Below, piece by piece: positions 8,895-17,766 of a stretch of DNA of 64,000 nucleotides. The translations under genes were made by a program, and so were the position numbers. Each line of letters starts with the position of its first letter. The stretch's first letter is position 1. This DNA comes from Rikenellaceae bacterium (lineage in GTDB: Bacteria > Bacteroidota > Bacteroidia > Bacteroidales > Rikenellaceae), in NCBI GenBank assembly GCA_031548515.1, contig JAVBRB010000014.1, forward strand, positions 7,614-71,613, written 5' to 3'. The notes under the pieces are model-generated. The model was not told where the DNA came from. It saw only the letters and a program-made list of their open reading frames with translations, and ran no database searches.

Positions 8895-10277
8895 ATGGAA
8901 AAAAAGGACAAAAAAGGTATGAACCGCCGCGATTTTCTCAAGGCCGCTGGCGCGGGCACGGTCGTTACGGCTGCGGCTTTGGCCGGATGCAAACCGCGCA
9001 ACGCAGTTTCAGCCGAAGGCGGTGCGATAGGAGAGGTTCCTGCCGATAAAATGACCTATCGCACCAATCCTCACACGGGAGACGTGGTTTCGCTGTTGGG
9101 GTACGGCTGCATGCGCTGGCCGCTGCGAAAGACCGCCGATGGCGGGGAGGAGATCGACCAGGAAACCGTCAACGGACTCGTGGATTACGCCATGGAACAC
9201 GGAGTCAATTATTTCGACACTGCACCGGTTTACATCCGCGGTTGGTCGGAAACGGCCACCGGAATTGCTCTTAAACGCCATCCGCGCGAAAAATTCTTCG
9301 TCGCCACCAAGGCATCCAATCCGCGCGGGCCGTTCGACCTGCCCGGATGTATCGCTATGTACCACCGTTCGATGGCCAATCTGCAGGTCGATTATCTGGA
9401 TTACTACCTGCTGCATTCTGTCGGCAGCAGCATCGAAAGTTTCCATGAACGCTATATCACGAACGGGTTCCTTGATTTCCTGCTCGCCGAGCGCAAGGCG
9501 GGGCGTATTCGCAATCTGGGCTGGTCTTTTCACGGTAAGGCCGAGGTTTTCGACTATGTCCTTGCATACGATGGCATACAATGGGATTTCTGTCAGATAC
9601 AACTTAATTACCAGGACTGGCGTCATGCAGGCGGAAACAACGTAAATGCCGAGTACCTGCTTGCAGAACTGGTGACGAAAAACGTTCCGGCCATCATCAT
9701 GGAGCCTCTGCTGGGAGGACGCCTTGCAAGGGTTCCGGCGCAGGCCCTTGCCATGATGAGGGAGATGCATCCCGAAGACACGGCGGCGAAATGGGCTTTC
9801 CGTTATGCAGGAACTCCCGAAACAGTTTTGACGGTGCTGAGCGGAATGGTATATATGGAATACCTGCAGGAAAATATACGCACCTACGCACCCATCGAAC
9901 CTATGAATGAGCAGGAGTACGCAATGCTCGACCGGGTGACGGAGATACTGGTCAATTCGGAATATATACAGTGTACCACATGTGAATACTGCATGCCCTG
10001 CCCTTATGGCCTCGATATTCCCGGTGTTTTTGCCCACTATAACAACTGCGTGAGTGCAGGCCGGCTGTTGAAGAGTTCGAATGACGAAAACTACCGCCGC
10101 GCGCGCCGCGATTTCCTGATAGGCTACGACCGTAGTGTTCCGAAACTGCGACAGGCCAACAGATGCACCGGGTGCGAAGTGTGTCGTCCGAAATGCCCGC
10201 AGAACATCGACATTCCCAAGGAGATGCGCCGCGTTGACGAGTATGCCGAACTGCTGAAACAGCGTGAAGATTTCTGA
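8895..10277 (+). CDS. Tat-exported aldo/keto reductase with C-terminal 4Fe-4S domain
   Basis: Twin-arginine signal MNRRDFLKAAGAG...LAGC. AKR core (GVNYFDTAPVY, LDYYLLH). C-terminal CTTCEYCMPCP and CTGCEVCRPKCP. Confidence 0.8.
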   Translation: MEKKDKKGMNRRDFLKAAGAGTVVTAAALAGCKPRNAVSAEGGAIGEVPADKMTYRTNPHTGDVVSLLGYGCMRWPLRKTADGGEEIDQETVNGLVDYAMEHGVNYFDTAPVYIRGWSETATGIALKRHPREKFFVATKASNPRGPFDLPGCIAMYHRSMANLQVDYLDYYLLHSVGSSIESFHERYITNGFLDFLLAERKAGRIRNLGWSFHGKAEVFDYVLAYDGIQWDFCQIQLNYQDWRHAGGNNVNAEYLLAELVTKNVPAIIMEPLLGGRLARVPAQALAMMREMHPEDTAAKWAFRYAGTPETVLTVLSGMVYMEYLQENIRTYAPIEPMNEQEYAMLDRVTEILVNSEYIQCTTCEYCMPCPYGLDIPGVFAHYNNCVSAGRLLKSSNDENYRRARRDFLIGYDRSVPKLRQANRCTGCEVCRPKCPQNIDIPKEMRRVDEYAELLKQREDF

Positions 10278-10893
10278 AATGATCCGCGTATTCTGTTTAA
10301 TGGCCCTTGCCGCGTCCGCCTGTTCCACGCTCCAAAAGGATTTCGAGACAGCTGTCCGCGAAGCCGTAATGTGGCAGATGGAAGCCTATCCTGAGTCGAC
10401 ACTGAAAGACATTTATAAGAATTTTTTCCAGGACCGTTTCGGCCCGGGCCACATCATTGCGGATACCGCTGCTGCGGGAAATTACCTGCGACGCGAACTT
10501 GCCTCGTATTCCGAAACTTCGGGCGCGGCGGCCGAACCGACAGGATGGGAGCGTAATTTCTACCGTGTGAACCTGTCGGTGGTAAAGGATGGAAGTATCC
10601 CCTGCGGCGTTTTTCTGGACGCTTTTGTCCGTAGTGTGAACGGCATCGAGCCTGTGTCTCTTGAGGAATGGAAAGCGGAATGGGCCAGGATCGAGGGTGT
10701 TATCGGTTCGATGAACCCCGACATTCCGGGATATGAAGTGGACAGCGCGGAGATATGGCGGCGCTTGGAGGAAGGTGATTACGTGGGGCATCACAGCGAG
10801 GCTTTCAGCAAGGCTTACTCGCCGCACTACCGCATCGTGAGCCGCAGGATATTCGAGGAAGAATTGCTTCCCTTACTGCCGGACTCCCATTAA
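10264..10893 (+). CDS. Hypothetical lipoprotein
   Basis: Signal and lipobox FCLMALAASAC. No family recognised. The start may be the internal ATG at 10279. Confidence 0.5.
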   Translation: MKISEMIRVFCLMALAASACSTLQKDFETAVREAVMWQMEAYPESTLKDIYKNFFQDRFGPGHIIADTAAAGNYLRRELASYSETSGAAAEPTGWERNFYRVNLSVVKDGSIPCGVFLDAFVRSVNGIEPVSLEEWKAEWARIEGVIGSMNPDIPGYEVDSAEIWRRLEEGDYVGHHSEAFSKAYSPHYRIVSRRIFEEELLPLLPDSH

Positions 10894-10920
10894 GCTGAGC
10901 GGTCTTTATGACCGCGACAA

Positions 10921-10948
10921 AGCCCTCCCATATTCAGGGGAGGGTTTG
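10921..10948 (+). terminator. Candidate intrinsic terminator
   Basis: Hairpin CCCTCCC / GGGAGGG followed by a short TTT. Confidence 0.4.
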
Positions 10949-10984
10949 GGATGGGTGATCACGCAGGAGCCGGCTTTGAAAAAG

Positions 10985-11072
10985 ACGGATTAACGTGCTC
11001 TGCGGGGAATGAATTTCAGCAAACTATTTGTTTTCGGGATTCTTCGCCAAATTCATTCCCCGCAGAACACGT
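10985..11072 (-). terminator. Long-stem hairpin terminator after the RimK-like gene
   Basis: 24-bp inverted repeat (23/24 match): 10993-11016 ACGTGCTCTGCGGGGAATGAATTT and 11049-11072 AAATTCATTCCCCGCAGAACACGT. The loop is 32 nt. The minus-strand RNA continues with ...CCGTCTTTTTC. Confidence 0.6.
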
Positions 11073-12538
11073 TAATAATGCATCATGTCCATCTGGCGGA
11101 CGAAGTGGTTTATAATGCGGTAGTAGAGTTCGTCGCCAATAATGGCGTCCTCTATCTCATGATCGATGCTGGGATTGTCGTTTATCTCGATGACCACAGC
11201 CTTGCCGTTCACCACTTTCAGGTCGACTCCATACAGTCCTTTTCCGATTAATGACGTGGCCTTGACGGCCGTTTTCAGAACCTGGGCCGGAACCTGGTAG
11301 ATAGGTATGGTATCGACCAGTCCGGGAGTACTTTTGCCGTTGTCGCCATGCAGGTATATCTGCCAGTGGCCTTTAGCCATGTAGTATTTGCATGCGAAAA
11401 GCGGCTCGCCGTTCAGCACGCCTATGCGCCAGTCGAAATCCGTGGGGATGAATTCCTGTGCCAGCAATATGGCCGACTTGTCGAACAGCACCTCGAAAGC
11501 CTTCTGCAGGTCTTCTTCGTTCGAGATCTTTTTCATCCCGTGGGAGAACGAACCGTCGGGAATCTTCAGGATGAACGGGCTTCCCAGTTTTTCGCTGATG
11601 CTCTCGAACGAATTCTCGTTGGAGCGGAAAACCAGCATCGATGCGGGAGCTGGAATTTTTTCCTTTTCCAATAGCTCGTTCAGGTAGACCTTATTGGTGC
11701 AGCGGATTATCGACAGAGGGTCGTCTATCACTGCAAGGTCGTTCTGCGTAGCCCTTTGCGCCAGATGGAAAGTATAGTGGTTCAGTGAGGTGGTGGTGCG
11801 GATGAACAACGCATCGAACTCCATCAACCGTGTCGCGTCCTCTTCGGTGATGAGTTCCGCATGGACATTCATACGCCGCGATATTTCAAGAAATTTGTTG
11901 AGAGCTTTCCGGTCGCTGGGAGGGAATTTCTCTTCCGGATCATAGAGTATAGCAAGGTTGTATCGCGACGTTTTAGGAGAACGCGGCGAGCGCCATACTT
12001 TTTTGTTGAAATTATCGAGCGCTTCGGCAAAATAGTCCTGTTCGTAGCCCGTCAGCTGGTTTAGAGGCAGCGCCTGCACGGTCTCTATCTGGTTCCTCTG
12101 GCGGGTGTTGAATCCCACGCGCAGGATGGGGCAGGGGTAGTTGTCGAAAATGAACCGCGCGATCTTTTCGAGTCCTTTCTCCTTGCATGTGCCGAAAAAT
12201 ATGTTCAGGTACCAGATGTCGCCTTCAATATTGTTTTTCTGGATCCACTGCCAGCACAGCTTTTGCAGGCTGCGGTCCATGCGGATGCCTGTACCGGTCT
12301 CGAGCTTGTTGATTATTTCAACCCCTGGAATAACCTTGTGTCCGCGGGCCTGGGCCAGGAGCGAACAGTAATACCCTTCGGAGTTGTAGCTGTAGTCATT
12401 GCTGAGGTTTATGACGAGCCTGGTTTCGCGTCCGACCGATTTGTGCCTGAGGTAGTCGGGTACGGTCAGCACGCTGCTTGTTTCATAATAAGGCTTCCAG
12501 TCGCCGGGGCTGTCCAGAAGTATAATGACACTATTCAT
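11072..12538 (-). CDS. RimK-family ATP-grasp ligase with extra N-terminal domain
   Basis: The C-terminal half has an ATP-grasp pattern typical of RimK/glutathione-synthetase-like ligases (...VVIEINDNPSIDHEIED...). Confidence 0.7.
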   Translation of the reverse strand: MNSVIILLDSPGDWKPYYETSSVLTVPDYLRHKSVGRETRLVINLSNDYSYNSEGYYCSLLAQARGHKVIPGVEIINKLETGTGIRMDRSLQKLCWQWIQKNNIEGDIWYLNIFFGTCKEKGLEKIARFIFDNYPCPILRVGFNTRQRNQIETVQALPLNQLTGYEQDYFAEALDNFNKKVWRSPRSPKTSRYNLAILYDPEEKFPPSDRKALNKFLEISRRMNVHAELITEEDATRLMEFDALFIRTTTSLNHYTFHLAQRATQNDLAVIDDPLSIIRCTNKVYLNELLEKEKIPAPASMLVFRSNENSFESISEKLGSPFILKIPDGSFSHGMKKISNEEDLQKAFEVLFDKSAILLAQEFIPTDFDWRIGVLNGEPLFACKYYMAKGHWQIYLHGDNGKSTPGLVDTIPIYQVPAQVLKTAVKATSLIGKGLYGVDLKVVNGKAVVIEINDNPSIDHEIEDAIIGDELYYRIINHFVRQMDMMHY

Positions 12539-12643
12539 AGATGGCTTTAAAATACGCGCAAATTTCGAGACAAATGTAGGAAATAAACATTCACAACAAT
12601 ACTGCCGGACAATATTTTGTCCGGGGAGAAATGCGCTGTTTAA

Positions 12644-12672
12644 AAGAAAAATAAGGCCCGCATCATGCCGGC
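12644..12672 (-). terminator. Candidate intrinsic terminator
   Basis: Short hairpin AGGCC...GGCCT followed on the minus strand by TTATTTTTCTTTT. Confidence 0.4.
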
Positions 12673-12684
12673 CTGTGCCAGATA

Positions 12685-14661
12685 TTACTCTTTTTTCAGT
12701 ATTATGACCTCCGAGAAAGCTCTCACCATATTTTCATACGCCGTTTTAAGTTCGGCATATTCTTCCGGTTCGTACAAATCCCTCATGGCGAATCCGGCAG
12801 CCAGCCTTATCTTGCCGCCTTCGAATGAAGGATTATATATTACATTCATTATCTTGCTGTTGTGTATAAAGGCAGCCGGAAGGTACTCGACACCATATCC
12901 TTCGGGTATCTCTATTTCTATCTGGAAATTGCTTACAGACGAGAATATCAGATTGACCTGATGGGTGCGCAGGGACTGTTTGAAAGGAGTCTCTGAAGGC
13001 GCAAGATATAGCAAGGGATTGAAATATATTTTGTCTGGTTCGTTTCCGGCCGGCCCTGCCGGGATATCATATTTCATATTTACAATGAACGGCTCTTTTG
13101 TTTCCTGGAAATTTTCAGTTCCGATTTCCAGGACGCTCATGCCTTCGTTGCCTCTATATTCATCTTTCAGCTTCTCGATATTCCCGTTATATATCCGCCG
13201 CTTGTTAGACGCGGCATTACCCTTCAGGGTCTGTTTCATTTCTGCCGTTATTTTGCCTTCCGCCGGTAGTACCTTCATCCTGATCTCCTTAAAATCCTCC
13301 GATTCCTCGTTTTGTTCGAGTATCACCCATTGCTGGTCTTTTTTCCGTATTGTCAGTCCCTCGACGTTGGTGCATTGGGCTGGAAGTTCATCGTACCGTG
13401 TGAGCGGCTCAGAGGCATCTGCAAAGTAATTAACTCCGTCTATGTTCACCGTTACCGCAACATTGTTCATAAACTGTAAGAAAGGATAGTTTTTATATAT
13501 TATGCCGTTTTCATGGGTACTGAACGCAATGGGGCATGCGTCCAGTCCCGCTGCCTGCATAAGCCCGGCCATGAACAGGTTGAGATTGGCCGAATTGCCG
13601 GTTTTATCCTTCAGAAATTCCGGCAGATCTTTTTCGGTGAATTTCGATATCCTCTCGTTGCATACGTATTTGTATTTCACATAGTCGCAAATCGCCTCGA
13701 ATTTTTCCAGGTCGCTTTTGCCTTCGAGTCCAATTTCCGGAAGTACGGTCTTTGCGGCTCTTGCCGATGCATTGACATATTTCCCGAAATCGGGGTGATG
13801 CAGCAGTTCCTTGCATAATTCCGGCCATGTCGACATAACCCGTATCATGGTCCCGCTGCGGAACGACAGGTGATTTGCCATTTGAAAATTAATATTGGCC
13901 ATGTAATCGTTCGTATTGGACAGAAACTCCTCGTCGCGAAAGGCCGGCATGTTTTTCATGACGTAAGTATAATCGCGCTCCCTGTAGCTGTATCGGCCTA
14001 AGTGCATATCGTAGTCTAAAGATGTCGAGTCTTGTTCGTCGAATTCCGTAATCCCCCTTGCTATGATGGCATAGTCGAAGAGAGGTGTCGCACGGTAGCA
14101 CAGCCTGCTGTAATATACAGGTATCTTTTGTTGAAACCACCATGGCCTCATGTTGAAATGGTGAGCGGAACGTATGGTGTATTTAATCTCCACGATGGAA
14201 CCGACGCGTACGTTGGGGAAGACTACTTTTTTCGCATAATAGTCGTCATGTATTTTTTCAGTGTATATGTTGGACTCCGGCAGATCCGTGCGGGTTATCT
14301 CCCCATCGACAAGATTATATGTCATCCCTTCTATCGTAACAGATTCGGGGTCTTGAGGCGGATAATAATACGGTATTTCGAATGTTGCGTAGTCCAGACC
14401 TGCTTCATTGTATATTTTAATTTTGGTCCTGAACTCCATAAGCAGTTCCATTCCTCTGTAATTGTCTCTTTCTGAATATACGAATCTGTAATCACCCAAA
14501 TTACAGATTACCGCAGCCTCCGCTTCCGGATCGAACGGATACAGAGTTTCTTCCAGTTCCTCATAGTTTATCCTGTCGTAGTCGGGAAGATAATGTGTAA
14601 CTTCTTGCGCATATATGCGGGCGGAGTACAATAAAAGAAGGATAAATAAAAATTTTTTCAT
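12685..14661 (-). CDS. Secreted protein, DUF3857/transglutaminase-like/DUF3858-type architecture (tentative)
   Basis: Signal peptide MKKFLFILLLLYSARIYAQ. Size and overall pattern recall Bacteroidota transglutaminase-like proteins, but I could not see a catalytic Cys motif. Confidence 0.4.
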   Translation of the reverse strand: MKKFLFILLLLYSARIYAQEVTHYLPDYDRINYEELEETLYPFDPEAEAAVICNLGDYRFVYSERDNYRGMELLMEFRTKIKIYNEAGLDYATFEIPYYYPPQDPESVTIEGMTYNLVDGEITRTDLPESNIYTEKIHDDYYAKKVVFPNVRVGSIVEIKYTIRSAHHFNMRPWWFQQKIPVYYSRLCYRATPLFDYAIIARGITEFDEQDSTSLDYDMHLGRYSYRERDYTYVMKNMPAFRDEEFLSNTNDYMANINFQMANHLSFRSGTMIRVMSTWPELCKELLHHPDFGKYVNASARAAKTVLPEIGLEGKSDLEKFEAICDYVKYKYVCNERISKFTEKDLPEFLKDKTGNSANLNLFMAGLMQAAGLDACPIAFSTHENGIIYKNYPFLQFMNNVAVTVNIDGVNYFADASEPLTRYDELPAQCTNVEGLTIRKKDQQWVILEQNEESEDFKEIRMKVLPAEGKITAEMKQTLKGNAASNKRRIYNGNIEKLKDEYRGNEGMSVLEIGTENFQETKEPFIVNMKYDIPAGPAGNEPDKIYFNPLLYLAPSETPFKQSLRTHQVNLIFSSVSNFQIEIEIPEGYGVEYLPAAFIHNSKIMNVIYNPSFEGGKIRLAAGFAMRDLYEPEEYAELKTAYENMVRAFSEVIILKKE

Positions 14662-14879
14662 TAGGTAAGTATTTGATATTTGGGGTATTCAAAATTTCAT
14701 GCGCGTGTAATAGGTCGGAGAATTCAGGATGCTTTATTGGTCTGCCGGGGTTTCTCGCCTTTCGGTTGTAGCGATGCTAATTTACATACAAATAAATTGT
14801 AAAACAAATGAAACGGAATACTGAAGGAGCGGCGTTTGCGTAAATCGTGACGAATATCTATCTTCGCGGGGTATTCCAC

Positions 14880-15494
14880 ATGAAGAAACTCCTCGTTATA
14901 ATTGTTTTTTTTGCATCTGTTTCCGCACAGGCGCAGCACGTCCACGTCCATGTGGTTGGAGATGATTGCGATGAAGAACATGTTCATGAGGCCGGTGAAA
15001 CGATCGTCCGCCGCTTCATAGACGCGGCGCCGCGTTTCGGACTCGCATGGCAAAAGGAATTTTTCGCCGAGATTGGGTTGTGCCTCGACATTTACCGTAT
15101 AGGCTACACTGAAGCTAGCGAGTTCGTCAGTTTCGGATACCGCAATATCAGGCCGTATGTTTCAGGTGAGATCATGATGCGCGGCGACAAGACGATCGGC
15201 GGTCCGAAAGCCGGGTTGGAGTTTATAATGTCTACGAATGTTTTCGGAATGGCCGTCGGTGCCGAAACCTCGTGGTATACGGACGGACGCCGCGATGCAT
15301 TGGCCATCACACCGCGTCTGCTTCTGTCGTTCGTCTACGCGGAGATATACTACGGATACAGCTTCTTTCCCAGTAACGATCTGGAACCCTGGCTAGGGCA
15401 TCATCGGGTGGGGGTCTCAATGGTGCTGAATCCCCGCTTCTGGAAAAACAAAAAGCGGATATACGAAGATTACTACAACTCTTATCTGGAATAG
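14880..15494 (+). CDS. Hypothetical secreted/outer-membrane protein with His-rich N-terminus
   Basis: Start set at ATG 14880 (MKKLLVIIVFFASVSAQAQ). The signal is followed by HVHVHVVGDDCDEEHVHE. The C-terminal part is rich in alternating aromatic residues. Confidence 0.45.
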   Translation: MKKLLVIIVFFASVSAQAQHVHVHVVGDDCDEEHVHEAGETIVRRFIDAAPRFGLAWQKEFFAEIGLCLDIYRIGYTEASEFVSFGYRNIRPYVSGEIMMRGDKTIGGPKAGLEFIMSTNVFGMAVGAETSWYTDGRRDALAITPRLLLSFVYAEIYYGYSFFPSNDLEPWLGHHRVGVSMVLNPRFWKNKKRIYEDYYNSYLE

Positions 15495-16030
15495 CCGTCT
15501 TTAAATATTCCTATCCACTTTTCGAACGCCGCAATGAATTTACGCATGAATGCCGCCGAACTTTCGGTAAGGCTGTCGCCGTCCATTCCGGTCGATGCAT
15601 TGAAATAAACCTCCGGCTGGCTCATGACCGGCATATCCAGGTACGAACAGATATTGCGGAGATGCTGCTGCGCCCCGAATGTACCGATAGGGCCTGGCGA
15701 GGCGCCGATTATCGCTGTCGGCTTATGCGCCCATGCGTTTTTCCCGTAGGGGCGTGAACCCCAGTCGAGGGCGTTTTTCAATACTCCTGGAATAGAACGA
15801 TTGTATTCGGGCGTCACTATCAGCACAGCGTCGGACTCCCTGGCGAGTTCTCTCAATGCTACTGCGCTTTGCGGGGGCGCGGCTTCGATATCCTGAGAAT
15901 AGAAGGGCAGCGATGCGATGTCGGCGACCGTGAATTCGATGGATGCGACGCCGAGTTTTTCGACCGCCGCGAAAAAGCGTTTATTCAGCGAATCCGCACT
16001 GATTCCGCCTATGAGGACCATTATTTTCAT
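15482..16030 (-). CDS. NADPH-dependent FMN reductase family oxidoreductase
   Basis: MKIMVLIGGISADSLNKRF... and PEYNRSIPGVLKNALDW are typical of this family. Confidence 0.8.
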   Translation of the reverse strand: MKIMVLIGGISADSLNKRFFAAVEKLGVASIEFTVADIASLPFYSQDIEAAPPQSAVALRELARESDAVLIVTPEYNRSIPGVLKNALDWGSRPYGKNAWAHKPTAIIGASPGPIGTFGAQQHLRNICSYLDMPVMSQPEVYFNASTGMDGDSLTESSAAFMRKFIAAFEKWIGIFKDGYSR

Positions 16031-16539
16031 ATCTTCTCGTTTATCAGTTCCACCAGTTCCGCTCCGTTTGCAAAGCTGAATGTTTCGATCTCGAAATGTT
16101 TCACCTTGCCGTCGGTGCCTACCAGGTAAATACGGGGAACATAGCTGTTCGCGAATTTATTGAAAGCAACCGCATCCGGGTCGAGATAGTAAGGCATGGA
16201 CGCGAACCTGTTCCAATACAAGGCAACCGCATCTGCGTTCTCCGCGCGCGACACACAGATAAAATCGACTTCGTCCTGCAATTCCTCCCAGGCGGAATAT
16301 ACTTTCGGCAGTTCGCGTTGGCAGTCGCCGCACGAACTGCGAAACAATACTACGACAGATCGTTTCCCAACGAACCGGGATGCCTGGAATTCTTCCGTAT
16401 TGCCGTCCGCTTTGGTAACCGAGAACGAAGGCACGGTGCTGCCTACCGTCACATAATTTTTTATCCCGTCGCCTTCCTCTCCGCCGTTGAGGCAGGAAGC
16501 AAGGCTGGCCATTAGCATTATATAGAGTAGTTTTTTCAT
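16027..16539 (-). CDS. TlpA-like thioredoxin-fold lipoprotein (thiol:disulfide oxidoreductase)
   Basis: Lipobox LASC and a CGDC (CxxC) active site. Confidence 0.75.
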   Translation of the reverse strand: MKKLLYIMLMASLASCLNGGEEGDGIKNYVTVGSTVPSFSVTKADGNTEEFQASRFVGKRSVVVLFRSSCGDCQRELPKVYSAWEELQDEVDFICVSRAENADAVALYWNRFASMPYYLDPDAVAFNKFANSYVPRIYLVGTDGKVKHFEIETFSFANGAELVELINEKI

Positions 16540-16553
16540 CTTAATTTGTTAAT

Positions 16554-16952
16554 TTACATTATCCATGGAAATCGGAAACATTCTTCGTCGTATAATGCAT
16601 AATCAGCCGTACCGTTAACCGCGAATGTCTTTACTGCGGAGGCTTCTTTCAGCAATTCCTTTGCCAATCGTATCGTCGAACCGCTTTTTATGCGGTCGTC
16701 AACCAGCAGGATGCGTTTTTCCCTGAAGTCGAAGTCGATAGGGGAAAGCAATTGCGGCGCGTCGTATTTCGGTTGCTGGCGCTCATCGCGCAGGTTTATT
16801 TTTATCAGGTTCATCTCGATGCCGAGCCTCTGGTTGAGTATTCCGGCGGGCACTATTCCCCCGTTTGCGATTGCGACTATCATGTCGAACCGCTCGCCAA
16901 TGGGAATGGTACGGAACCGCTCCAGGACCTCTTCGAAACTTTTTCCGGCCAC
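16554..16952 (-). CDS. Small type I phosphoribosyltransferase
   Basis: PRPP-binding loop ILLVDDRIKSGSTI. Confidence 0.75.
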   Translation of the reverse strand: MAGKSFEEVLERFRTIPIGERFDMIVAIANGGIVPAGILNQRLGIEMNLIKINLRDERQQPKYDAPQLLSPIDFDFREKRILLVDDRIKSGSTIRLAKELLKEASAVKTFAVNGTADYALYDEECFRFPWIM

Positions 16953-16956
16953 GATA

Positions 16957-17466
16957 TTAGATTTTTTGCATCGCTTTGAGTACCCCGTAACCCCCGAATA
17001 CCTGGATCAGCATTCCAGGAACGCCGATCCTGAAGTCCTGCACGGCAGTCGTAAAACTTCCCGAAATGATCCATTCTGCGGCAGTTCCGACAATCTGGTA
17101 GGCCAGCACAGCTATGGCGATTGCGAGCAGAGATACTTTTCCGAAATATTTAGCCGAGTAGGCAGCCGCAAAAGCCAGTGCTACAGACTTTATCAATATC
17201 GGCGCAAGCATCGCGGCCGGCGGCATCCCGAACAACAGGTGGTTCGCCAGAGGCGACAGCACCGCGGTCAGGAGTCCTACTCCCAGTCCGTATTTATATG
17301 CCCCGATGAGCGTGAAGAAATATATCGGCAGCAGGATCGGCCCTCCCTGAGGTATGATGTGGCACAGTTGGGGCAGGGCTATGTTGCCTGCGACGAAAAT
17401 TCCGGCCATGAGCCATGCTTTGGCATCGGACAGCCGCAGCGCATAAAGGGTTGCACTCTTTTCCAT
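16957..17466 (-). CDS. Integral membrane protein, ECF-transporter S-component-like (tentative)
   Basis: About 6 TM helices in 169 aa. First gene of a four-gene minus-strand operon. Confidence 0.35.
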   Translation of the reverse strand: MEKSATLYALRLSDAKAWLMAGIFVAGNIALPQLCHIIPQGGPILLPIYFFTLIGAYKYGLGVGLLTAVLSPLANHLLFGMPPAAMLAPILIKSVALAFAAAYSAKYFGKVSLLAIAIAVLAYQIVGTAAEWIISGSFTTAVQDFRIGVPGMLIQVFGGYGVLKAMQKI

Positions 17467-17524
17467 ATGCTTTATTGTTCAGGGGTGTTGTATGTGGTAA
17501 AAATAGTTAAAAAATCCTTGATAC

Positions 17525-17532
17525 CAAACATA
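17525..17532 (-). promoter_or_regulatory. Bacteroidota -7 promoter box (TATGTTTG)
   Basis: Perfect TAnnTTTG about 58 nt upstream of the ATG at 17466. Confidence 0.45.
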
Positions 17533-17632
17533 TAAACGATGTGCAGCGCTTATAAAGTACTTATGGTGTTTATAAATGCTCCGGATTAAAGATAAACCTT
17601 CTCGCAGCAGAGCTACGAGGTATCGGATGGAA

Positions 17633-17766
17633 TTAATTTGTGTTGTCGAAGCAGAGCTTCGGGGAATGGACCCTTTTAGTTACCTCCCTCGCATGATGCC
17701 TTCACCGGCCTGCGGCCGATGATCGGCGCTCGGGCGGTGATTGTTTTGCGCAGCAAAACAATTCAA
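17633..17766 (+). repeat. Copy B of the structured repeat family
   Basis: Shares CGGGGAA, GTTACCTCC, CCGGCCTGCGGCCGAT and a perfect hairpin TTGTTTTGC-GCA-GCAAAACAA with copies A and C. It overlaps the last ~20 codons of the M20 gene on the opposite strand. Confidence 0.7.
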
